A stretch of 64,000 bases of DNA from a virus. A model generated the notes under the pieces. The model searched no databases. It saw only the letters and a program-made list of their open reading frames with translations, and was not told where the DNA came from. The stretch's first letter is position 1; each line of letters opens with the position of its first letter. The position numbers and the translations under genes were made by a program. The stretch is taken from the IMG/VR virus record IMGVR_UViG_3300042940_003205, positions 1-64,000 of that record. One strand, written 5' to 3'. This document shows, piece by piece, positions 50,601 to 60,400 of this stretch.

Positions 50601-51279
50601 TATGGCTTATATTTGGGAGTCTTGATGAGTCTAAGATACCTGTTGTAATTTTTGCAGCATCGACGGAACTTATATTTTCACTTGTTAATTGATTTTTAAC
50701 TTCAATCGATAAATCTATTGGAGAAGGATTACCTGTTCCACCAATATGTTTATGATTCTTAATAAGATATGAAAGCGTTGAAAATAAAGTTATATCTTGT
50801 CTGTTTGTTTCAAATAAATTTACAAGATTGCTAGCTACGTCAACTTCAAGATATCCTAAAGAGATGTAATTTACTGTGTCATTTATTTCAGTTAATGAAG
50901 CAACAAAATCGACATCTCCAGTTATAGCAGTGTTTGCATTTTCATAAGCATAAACATAAACTTTTGAGATTCCAACTGTGGTGGGAATTGTGGGCAAGGT
51001 CACGTCTTTAGAAGAGGTGGTATTTCCAGCCTTATAAGAAACAAAGCCTTTTCCCGAAGTAATTGTAATTTTTGTTAATTTAAATTCGTTTGAGTAAGTT
51101 TGAATACGCCAAGATGGGACTGATGGATCTTCTTCTATAATTCCATTTTTAAAAATTTGATACAGATTGTACATTTGATTCTCAATGGCTTTAAAGCGAA
51201 GCTCGTCTAAATCAATGTTTTCTGAAAGGTCTTGGTTTGGTTCTATATATCCAAACCCATAAATTGGTGTATTTCCCAT
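47614..51279 (-). CDS. Tail fibre/baseplate protein (1221 aa); N-terminus paralogous to the 2738-aa protein; C-terminal NHL-like propeller
   Basis: HKHIGG..PSPIDL, DAAKITTGILDSSRLP, IICDSKNDRII, HPKGMRII. Confidence 0.6.
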   Translation of the reverse strand: MGNTPIYGFGYIEPNQDLSENIDLDELRFKAIENQMYNLYQIFKNGIIEEDPSVPSWRIQTYSNEFKLTKITITSGKGFVSYKAGNTTSSKDVTLPTIPTTVGISKVYVYAYENANTAITGDVDFVASLTEINDTVNYISLGYLEVDVASNLVNLFETNRQDITLFSTLSYLIKNHKHIGGTGNPSPIDLSIEVKNQLTSENISSVDAAKITTGILDSSRLPNISHNSLEDKGNLTHDQLETALLAVVNNDANDKMSDLSIANRLQMLIALKKSGGVGFTFIDSTQINTLTYVPGIYPNTSANSSTGNSANFKQTTSVPSQYTLATIYDTAPNASGSGISGSVTSSSFVGDKSFVVQNDFLQAKTVAASLGSTTNSFFSNIIISGSATTGSFTIDTPLNYLTLTQPVSSVFDTTGSWDTGLVFTTTYTSNKVKVDTSLYAYTLFNQPVSLDLNSKVGFGFSAGLGETGAALGKIYMFLVVGNGSTDPNLQYDQKIDFAPNTGTGYSTIYITPATSVKIFDDTTYGYIGSTATYSSINLSDFGDSSLKSSVLGFGFYFSTDQGWNAEKQTKFELLTPTDAQINASGSNDSLVLARRNTTDQTSAVFVWNDTYRYKNANFLMRFDSGDSNTQYNQIQYDIDVPLGTKYTIQSRSNVSSDLFYNFKTVSETDVIIATPNTSSSTGRYLDVLFSLYSNEFQSLAPIVNNLRINYSTVGSATTRTYDRNLTDTTNQKFGWVSDVYYNKNAGYGITNPDNTNYLRIFDTSNVGNWIYLRNNNLISAASNVLETTVEDGIDAGTLRNYLTPNQIFLKSTNYGLDTPTDYQSLPTGGNIICDSKNDRIIMTDINGVFTKLIQGNIRLKLTSRDFVALSASFNPETRKIYIAFSQNISFVDLTKIYITYNNISVRGDDTRLSGDYLEPIFDSSATYVFTINNTVEGIALNTAISNALTKKVRLDKGCFTNSGSSINTNTVLSATIPTSTVSTTNRTEQFVAGISTSITGTSTITTGLPATTNVVNSVTDYNGDGVVSTTAMYGPNSQTDNIILDLLQGPIYFANIYNPLSVQYDEADSLVVIAQPHYNSVLCYVDDTELTLKWAITSDIVNYYDNKLGSAYLLANGNVLLGSPASDTNDTGKLQVYNVSNGYIETKLTFNNDVIKALPGPATDYSNFYVLTDDVINFGANSRLHLVNNSGTILSTWGDNNELFHPKGMRIISNDNILISE

Positions 51280-51506
51280 TACTTAATTTCTTGTGGCTTG
51301 TATTCTGATGTTACTTTTTCAACGCCCCAGTTTGCATATCCCCAGCGTACAACATCTTGTTCTTCTATTATATTATTTTTATTTACGTTAATGACTTGTA
51401 AAGCTTGTGTCACATTTGACCTTAAAGTCAAACCGCTTTGCATATTGATTGTATTTTGTCTAATTTGATCATTTATTACAAAAGACAAAGATTGAAATAA
51501 TGGCAT
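51279..51506 (-). CDS. Small hypothetical virion protein
   Basis: 75 aa, fills the gap exactly, TAATG-coupled, WGYANWG motif. Confidence 0.55.
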   Translation of the reverse strand: MPLFQSLSFVINDQIRQNTINMQSGLTLRSNVTQALQVINVNKNNIIEEQDVVRWGYANWGVEKVTSEYKPQEIK

Positions 51507-51507
51507 T

Positions 51508-54444
51508 TTACGCTCCTCTCAAAGAAATTGGTAAATTAGTACCTGATACGATAGCAGTGATTAAGTTATCTGATTTATTATATGAGTAGTTTATAGATCT
51601 ATAAACATATAGATCTGTGGCGTTTGTAGTAGTTCCAAATACACTAGATCCCAAAAAAACATTTATTTTGAATTTTCCGTGAAAATTAAGAGGTTTTGAC
51701 ACATAGCAAGAAAATGAAATATTACTTATTGGAGTTTTAGAAACTAATTCTATACTGTCAGTTACTCTTTTTAAAACTTGATAGTCAGGGATTTCATTTC
51801 TTTGTGTAGCCCAGTTTATATATTTTTTAAAACCAACATAAGTAGGTTGTGATGGATCTTTAGGAGCGCCTGCTAGATATCCCAACAAATCTACTTGCTT
51901 TTGTAATGGTAAATTAGTCAATGAAACTGATCCTGGAGAAAATCTTTCATCTGCTAGAAAACCCGTAATAGCAACACCAAAAACTCTTACACCAGATGAA
52001 AGTAAATTCATATCTGTATCTATAGTGTATTCGTCAATAAGCAATCCATGAATATCTTTTTTAAATCTATCAAGATACTTAGTTGTGTTTAAGGCATTAC
52101 TATCAAACGAATATCCAGTACCTGCCGAATTTAAACCTGTAAATTTCAAATCATCGTCTATATTGTTATTTCTGCATTCTAATTTAAATCCGTAATTCTC
52201 AGCCCATCTAAAAGTTGGCAATGAATATGGATTATTGAGTCTTTCTAAGAGTTTGTCTAATTTATCAACAATCTTATCTAATGGATTTAATTTTATGAGG
52301 TCTTGATTATTTGTTGAACTACTATTAAGTCTCAAATCAATACCGTAAATTGAACCACCATTAGCTAAATCTGCGTTATTTCTTGAATAATAAGACCAAA
52401 ATCCAGATGCAGCCATAATTGAATCAAGAGCAAGATCATGTCTCATTCCTGCAATCATCATATTTTTTTCAAAATAAACATTGCTCAGAGTAAATGTTCC
52501 AACGTCAACACAAGTTAATTCAAATTTACTGTCATTACCGCTTCTTGAATAAGATGTGCTTGTAATAAAACCCTGAAAATATGTTTGTAAATCACCATAT
52601 CCAGAATCTATAGTTACTACTAATAAATTATTTTCGATAGCATCTATAAATTTTTGACCCTCTTGTGAATCAATATTTCTAAGCGTAATTGAGGCAGTCT
52701 TTTTAATTCTTGATAAATTTGACAATGATGATGAATCACAGTTTACAGACCATCTTTCAACCCATGAAGTAATATCCCCAACAGAATAAAACAATTGATT
52801 CAATATAGGATTTACAAATTTATAATCTGTTGCACCACCGCTACCAGTACCTACATTTGGAAAATTATTAGCAGCAAGTACTCCTGGGTGTGGAACCTCA
52901 ATTTGCATAAATGCTGGACCTTCAATTGTAGTTTTATAGAATAATTTAAACAAAACAGTTTTTTTATCTGGATCAGCGCTGCTTGATATAGGTTCTTTGA
53001 AGATTGTTATATCTTCAAACTGATTACCAATTAATCTCAAGTCTGCAAAATATGAAATGTTTTTATCTTTTGGGTTTGTTGTCTCATTGAATCCAGTGTT
53101 TTGTGGAGAAAGATTAATTCTATAAGATGACAGTTCAAACCAAGCTTTTATAACATTCAAAAATTCTTGAAGTTTTTCATTTTCATTTTTGGGATTTATT
53201 TTTTTCTGAGAATACTTAAACTCGGCTACAATATAATTTTTTCTTAAATTTGCTGGCTGATCATTATTAAAATTATTAAATATCAAAGCTGAATATCTAA
53301 ACTTTATATTTGTATTAGATAAAGATATAGAAACTTCTGTATCTGACGGGCAAAATATTTCTCTATTGCTAAAATTAATTATTGTGTTCCATCTAGTTAT
53401 ATCTGGACTGAAGCCCAATAACATATTTGGTCCTACAAAATGAACATAAATATCATATGAGTCCATACTGTTTTTATCAAGAATAGGAGCAATTAAATCT
53501 GTTTGAGTTATATAGTCTTTGATGTTTGGATCATAAATTTTTAATACTGGTTTACTATCAATCTTAAACTCAATATAAAAATCATTTATAAATTTATCGT
53601 TTATAATTTGAGGCATAACTGATATTCTGAAAGCAGATGTATTAATCTGCATATTACTTACAGAAAAATTTATATGAAAACCATTATTACCACTATATCC
53701 TCTAGCTTGTATAGGTTCGCTAGTGCCATCTGGATTATATATTGTTGCTCCAGGCTGATAAACTGCGTCATAAGAAGTTGGAAAAATTCTCTTTATAAAG
53801 GTATTAGTTTTTTCAGAAGTAACTTCTATTTGTGCCCCGTAAGCTGGATCTTTAACGGTTCTTAGTGTACCTGTATTGGCTCCACTTATTGCTGGGCCAA
53901 TATATTTATATGCGTCTCTGCTACTATCTACTACCTGCCATATATTATATGTAGTAAGCACTGGCACCGATGATGCATTATCATTATCAAAAAATGGGAT
54001 TTTTGGCACATGTTGAGATGGGTCATTAAAATTTTCTGATTGAGCCTGTACGTTGCCTTGAAAGGGAGGACTGTCAACAAAATTTGGATTATATCCCTCA
54101 GATGGTCCTTTTAATTTGTTCAGTACTGGATCAACTTCTCCAGGAGCAATTGCTCCAAAAGCAAATGTACAGGATGATGCACTAATTGCTGTATTAATTT
54201 CTGGAATTCTAGCATTTTGTAAAGAAGATAGGACTCTTAATCTTCTGCTATATTTTGGTTCTGTAGTTCCATCTTTGTAAGTATAAGAAGGATGGAAATC
54301 ATAGTTTAAGACATTTAAGTTGTCTTGTGATTTTGTTGCAGTGGAAGATGTATATTCCCCAGAAAAGAAACCACTTTCAGGAGCATTCAAAATACTTAAA
54401 GTGACTTTTGTTTTTAATTGTCTTGGATCTGGGGAAAGGTTCAT
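51508..54444 (-). CDS. Putative baseplate hub / tail-tip protein (978 aa)
   Basis: DITSWVERWSV...TASITLRN...VTIDSGYG...YFQGFIT pattern of hub (gp27-like) domains in the C-terminal half. Confidence 0.5.
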   Translation of the reverse strand: MNLSPDPRQLKTKVTLSILNAPESGFFSGEYTSSTATKSQDNLNVLNYDFHPSYTYKDGTTEPKYSRRLRVLSSLQNARIPEINTAISASSCTFAFGAIAPGEVDPVLNKLKGPSEGYNPNFVDSPPFQGNVQAQSENFNDPSQHVPKIPFFDNDNASSVPVLTTYNIWQVVDSSRDAYKYIGPAISGANTGTLRTVKDPAYGAQIEVTSEKTNTFIKRIFPTSYDAVYQPGATIYNPDGTSEPIQARGYSGNNGFHINFSVSNMQINTSAFRISVMPQIINDKFINDFYIEFKIDSKPVLKIYDPNIKDYITQTDLIAPILDKNSMDSYDIYVHFVGPNMLLGFSPDITRWNTIINFSNREIFCPSDTEVSISLSNTNIKFRYSALIFNNFNNDQPANLRKNYIVAEFKYSQKKINPKNENEKLQEFLNVIKAWFELSSYRINLSPQNTGFNETTNPKDKNISYFADLRLIGNQFEDITIFKEPISSSADPDKKTVLFKLFYKTTIEGPAFMQIEVPHPGVLAANNFPNVGTGSGGATDYKFVNPILNQLFYSVGDITSWVERWSVNCDSSSLSNLSRIKKTASITLRNIDSQEGQKFIDAIENNLLVVTIDSGYGDLQTYFQGFITSTSYSRSGNDSKFELTCVDVGTFTLSNVYFEKNMMIAGMRHDLALDSIMAASGFWSYYSRNNADLANGGSIYGIDLRLNSSSTNNQDLIKLNPLDKIVDKLDKLLERLNNPYSLPTFRWAENYGFKLECRNNNIDDDLKFTGLNSAGTGYSFDSNALNTTKYLDRFKKDIHGLLIDEYTIDTDMNLLSSGVRVFGVAITGFLADERFSPGSVSLTNLPLQKQVDLLGYLAGAPKDPSQPTYVGFKKYINWATQRNEIPDYQVLKRVTDSIELVSKTPISNISFSCYVSKPLNFHGKFKINVFLGSSVFGTTTNATDLYVYRSINYSYNKSDNLITAIVSGTNLPISLRGA

Positions 54445-54481
54445 ATTAATATTATAAAAAATAAAATGGGTTTACACCTTT
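54445..54481 (-). promoter_or_regulatory. TATAAT-N6-ATG leaderless start, preceded by AAAGG at 20 nt
   Basis: aaaggtgtaaacccattttattttt-TATAAT-attaat-ATG. Confidence 0.45.
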
Positions 54482-57400
54482 AATCAGCTGCTTGAGTAGT
54501 TGGGTAAATGGTTAAATTATTTACTGAAGGATATCCTCCAGGCCTTATTACAGTGAAATTGTTACCTGTAGGCTTTACATTAGATGCTAAGATTATTGAA
54601 TGAGAACCTGCTGTAGTAATATCATATGCCCCAATAACACTATCATTGCTTGATATAAAATATTTTGGTAAATTATTTTGTAAATTATATTGTTCTGAAC
54701 TATTGAAAGATTGTGGTAATCCCATACAACCATTTTGGTTTACACCATAAGCAAAAAAATGATTTTGAGATAAAGCCAAAAGTGCAGAGGTGCCTTGAGA
54801 TATTTTTACAAAATATTCTCCTGGATAGCTAGATGATACAAGTTGTGATGCACCTAAAAATTGTGGAGTTTCATTGTTATATAATTCATAAAAAACAATA
54901 CTACGGTCAAATTGATCTTGAGTTGCTGATATAATGTTTATTAAACCATTGTTTGTTGAAATATCATAAGCATAACCCCAACCTCTCAATCTAGTTATTC
55001 CAGTAAACCACACTATTTGATTGTCAATATCATAACCAATTCCTGAAACAAATCCTCCTAGAGAATTAATTCCACTAGTGTTTCCTACTGACAGCTTAAA
55101 AGGATTAAGATAATTTGTACTTCCTATTTGCAAATCTGGATTTGGGTCAATATTTATTGGAATAAATCCATTATCAACAACTCCAGTTTTGTTTGTGTAA
55201 TTATGAAGTCCTGCTACCCAAACTTGTTTATTGTCTATAAAAGCAAGTATTTGATTATTACAAGAAATATCCTGTAAACTATTATTAGAAGTATAGCTGG
55301 CACCATTATTTGTAATATTTCTCTCAATAATAGGCTGAAAATTATATATATCTGTTTTTGGTAAAGATTGCCCAAAAATTCCACCGATATTAGAACCGCA
55401 AACCAATAGAACTTTTTTATTGATTGATATATCTTCTGCAATTATAGCTGATTGAAAATCTCCAGCAGAAACTTTTACAACTTTATATTTAGATGCTAAA
55501 GGAACTAGCGTCAAAGAATTCAATTGAGTGATACTGGACGGGAAACCTAATTGACCATTAGAATTTGATCCACTTGCATAAAGTTTTCCATCTACATCAA
55601 CTACTAATGTATGTCTAAGACCAGCTGCTATAATTGTGTATTGTTTTGTATCATCAACTAACTGGAATCCATATCTGTCTGGAGTATTTAAACCACTTGC
55701 AATTGCTCCATAAAAAGCTTGTCCTGATGAAAACAATTTATTTGCTAAAGGGTTAGGTGCTGCAGAAACATTTACATTAACAGAATATCTTTTTTCTAAA
55801 TTGGTTGTCGGAGTTGAAGATAATTTTTGCGTATCAAAAACCAACAAGCTTACAGTAAATATACCTATAGTATTAAATTGATTTGTAAAAGTTGAATTGT
55901 ATCCAGATTTAACTCCATCTATTGACCATTCAAAAGTTATATTAGATCCATCTTCTGGGTCATAGGAAGTGGTGCCGTCAAAAGTAAAACTATTGCCGAC
56001 TTTGAGTTCTATATATCCAGAAACAGAAGGCTCATTTCCAAGAATTGCTACTGGGTTCTTATTTATTGGTGGAGGTGGAGGAGCTGACACTACGAATATT
56101 GTTTTTGACACAGATTCAGACTCTAAACCTAAATTATCAAAAACTGAAAGAGTTACAACGTGATTACTGGTTGTACTAAACGATGTTGATAAGGTTGATG
56201 TGTTAGAGTTTTGATTTATACCATCAACTAACCATTTATAACCATTAATAAATTGATTAGTATCATTATCATAACTTCCTTGTGACGTATACGTTAATGA
56301 AGTGTTTATTTGTACTTGTGTAATTCCTGAAGGCACTGTATCTAATACTGCCACTGGTTTACTATTTTTCACAATGTAATCAAGAGTTGCAGTATTTGTT
56401 GCAGCTAGATTATCTGTAACAGTTAGAGAAACTTTATATGTGCCTGGATTGTTATAGACTGTTGTTGCATTGACTTGATCTGCAACACTTCCATTTCCAA
56501 AATCCCAAGAATAGATTAAGGGACCACCAACATTATCAGGATCATAACTACCGGCAGCTGAAAAATTTACAGAAACAGGAGCTAAACTTGTATTTGATTG
56601 AGGATTAGCTGATATAACTGCTACAGGTGGAATATTTGGAAAATTTACCTTAACTCCAATATTTACAACATCACTCCAGTCCCCATCATCATCTTGAACT
56701 TTTAAAGTTACTGTGTATGGAGTGAATCTTGGAGAATTGAAAGTGTAAGTAAAAGATTTATTAGTAAAAGGTGTACCAACTAACCCATTTATGTACCATT
56801 CATAATTAGCTACGGTACCGTCAAGATCATATGAATTAGAATCAAATGTAACTGTGAATGGGGATATTCCAGTAATTACATTATTTCTTGGTGTGCTGCT
56901 TGTTGCAATAACAGCAAATGGTTTTCTATTATTTATGCGGATAATTTGAGATGTTGTACTTGATATCTCAAAGTTATCATAAACAGTAAGAGAAACAGTG
57001 TAATCTTTATTGCCTTTATTATAAGACTTTGTTGGATTTTTTTGTAATGGATCATTGGTTGTAAAGGAAGTTCCATCACCATAATCCCATGACCATCTAG
57101 ATAAAGCATTTTCTGGATCGCTAGAATTATCAATGAATGTGATTGGATCAAAAGTAAATGCATTTACAGGACTAAATGAAAAATTTGCAATTGGTGGCTG
57201 ATTGTTTATTGTAATTACTTGAATAGAATTTGCTGTTTCTAAGCTAACACCAGTTCTATTATCAGTAACAATTAATTTTGCAGTGAAAACACCAACTGTT
57301 TTATATATGTGAGAAATTAAAGCAGAATTTACAAACTGTGTAAAAGTGCCATCTCCAAAATCCAATCGATAAAGAATAATAGAGCCATCAGGATCTCGAG

Positions 57401-60400
57401 AGCTTGAAACATCAAAAACGAATGTATCATTAATAACTCCAGAATTTTTATCTACAGATAGAACTGCTATTGGAAGTATATTATCAGGAGGAGTGACATT
57501 AACTGAAATGCTTGTAGTGTTTGTGGCACCAAGATCATCAGTTACAGTAAGAGATACAACATATGTGCCTTGTGTCGTAAAATTTATTGTTGCATTAGGT
57601 GTTGACGCAACAACTGTATTTGAAACACTCCAGCTATAAGAAGCTATCAAACCATCTTCATCTGTTGATGTATCACCATTAAATGTCAAACTTCCTGGTG
57701 CTTTCACAGTCAAAGTTGTGTAAGTTATTCTTGCTACTGGATTTCTATTTGTAACATTAATTAATAAATTGGCAGTAGAGCTATCACCTATGTTGTCAGT
57801 AACAGTTAATGACGCATCATATGTTCCAGGTTTTGCATATGTATGAGATTCTGTAGTTTTTCCTTGAGAAATAATTGTCCCGTCACCAAAATTCCAAGCA
57901 TATTTAGTAATATTTCCATCACTATCAAATGAGTTGTTTCCAAAGAAATTAACTTGAGTCTTAGATAATACTGGATTTGGAGAAGCTGTGAGTATTGCAG
58001 CAGGAGGATTATTTTTAACTACAATGTCTAAAATATATATACTTTGCAAATTGCCATCATCAGTAACAGTCAATTTTACTGGATATGTTCCTGATCTTGT
58101 GAAAGTATGAGAAACAGTTTTTTGATATGTTTGAGCATTAAAGAATGAGGTGCTACCTGTTTCAAACTCCCAAAGCCAACTTACTATTTTTCCATCAGTA
58201 TCAGTGGAAGTATCTGTGAATAATATTTTAGCTGGTGCCAAAACATTATTGGAATCAACTGTGAATAAAGCTACAGGTGGCTGATTTGCTGGTGGCGGAG
58301 CAACAGTAAATCTAATAGAAGAAGTTGATGTTTTTTTGTTTGTTCCGTCAGGTAAACCATCATCAGTTACAGTAAGAAAAACTGTGTATGTCCCTGGAAA
58401 AAAGTAAATATTTGTTGGATTTTTTAAGGTTGGATCACTTGTAGAAAAAACGTGTCCATCACCAAAATTCCAGTCCCATTGAGTAATAAAACCATCTGAA
58501 TCTGATGATGTTTCAGTGAATTTTACAATTAAAGGTTTAAAACTTGTTTGATTTCCTGTTACGTTCGAAATTATTGGTGCTTGATTTACTAATGGGCTTA
58601 CTATAACATTTTTAGTTATAAAACTTGATTTACCGCCATTATCAGTGACAGTAAGAGTAACTTCATATCTACCAGCTGAAAAATAAGTATGAGATGGATT
58701 TTGAACAGCACTAGTAGAGTTATCACCAAAATTCCAATTCCAAGAAGTTATCATTCCATCTGTGTCTGATGATGTGTCTTTGAAATCAATTACTAACTTT
58801 CTGTCTTGCTGAGAAAATAAGAAATTTGCTATAGGTGGATTATTGCCTGGTGGAGCAACTGTAATTTCAATTGTTCCTGAAGCTTGAAGTCCTCCAGAAT
58901 CAGTGACAGTAAGAATCACTCTATATTTACCAGGGTCAGCATAAATATGTTCTGGGTTTTGAACGTCAGCTGTTTGGTTATCTCCAAAATTCCAGTTCCA
59001 AGCTACTATAGGCCCCTCGTCATCACTTGAAGTGTCTGTAAATTGAACTTTCAATGTTGGTGCAAATGATGTTTGTGCCCACTTGAAGCTTGGTGAAGGA
59101 GGGGAATTGACCACTCCATTAACATTGATTGTTGGACCAATAAACTTACTTGACAAACGGGCTAAATTATCTTTAACAATTAAAGTTGGTGTGAACGATC
59201 CTGCTCTTGTATAGTCATAAGTAAATGGTAAATTATCAAATTTAATTGCAGTTTCACCATCTCCAAAATCCCATTCATATGTCTGTATGAACGAACCATC
59301 ATTTGCGGGATTAGATTGATCTGCAAAAGATACGCTTAAGGTTACATCCCCCGAAGTTGGAGTAGCAGAAAACTTAGCTTGTGGTGATAGATTATTTATT
59401 GGCGCTGGGTTTACTGTTATCAATACTGATGCAGGATCACTATTGAAACCATTTGAATTTGTCACAATCAAAGTGACCTTAAAAATAATTGGACTTATAG
59501 TATTGTTAATAAAAGTATGCGATGGATTTTCTTCAGTTGATTGTGTTTCATCACCAAAATTCCAAGCGTAAGATAATGCACTGCCACCTGGATCATAGGA
59601 ATTTGTTGATAGAAAATTTACAAAAAGTGCTGATTGGCCACTATTAGGATTTGCCTGTATATCAGCAATAGGTTTAGTATCCTGTATTGTAGAATCAATT
59701 GTGTTTACACATTCTATATCAAATCTTCTTGTTCCAATAATTTTTGTAAATGGGTGAAATAGTATCGCTTCAATGTAGCATTTACCCGTATCATAAGCAA
59801 TCAATACTTTCCCGTCATACTCTTGTTTCTTACAACTTATGATTGCTGGTTTTTGCTTTGGTACTTCAGCATTTAAATCGCTGTCAGAATTAAAGTAAGT
59901 AATTATATTTCTTCTATTAGTTAATTCTGTAACTAAATTTTCATCTAATTTACCTTTGATTAAGTGTATTTTATCTGATCTTTTGCTGACTAATGAGCTT
60001 GAAGATACAGGGTATTCAAAATAATAAATTCCACCATTACACCAAAAAACAGACCTAAATAACCGTAGTTTTTCATCATAATCAGATGACAGGCCATAAA
60101 TGTTGTATCTATCTGAAAGTGTATTTCCAGTGAGTGCATCTAAATCAAGAAGTGTATTTTTACTTAATGCTCTATAATTTGAAATTATCTTAAAATTTAT
60201 AGTTCGTGGAGTTTTATCCATCGTATAGGCTACAATATATTCTCTTGATGAGAGTTGAGCTACTGCAGGGAATGATGAATATGCAGTTCCTGATGAATTT
60301 ATGGGCTCTAGCAATCTAAAATCAGAGATGTATGTAGGAGCAATACCATCAATAAAAATAACTTTATCAGTTACTGGAGGGTTTATATTTGTTGTATTTA

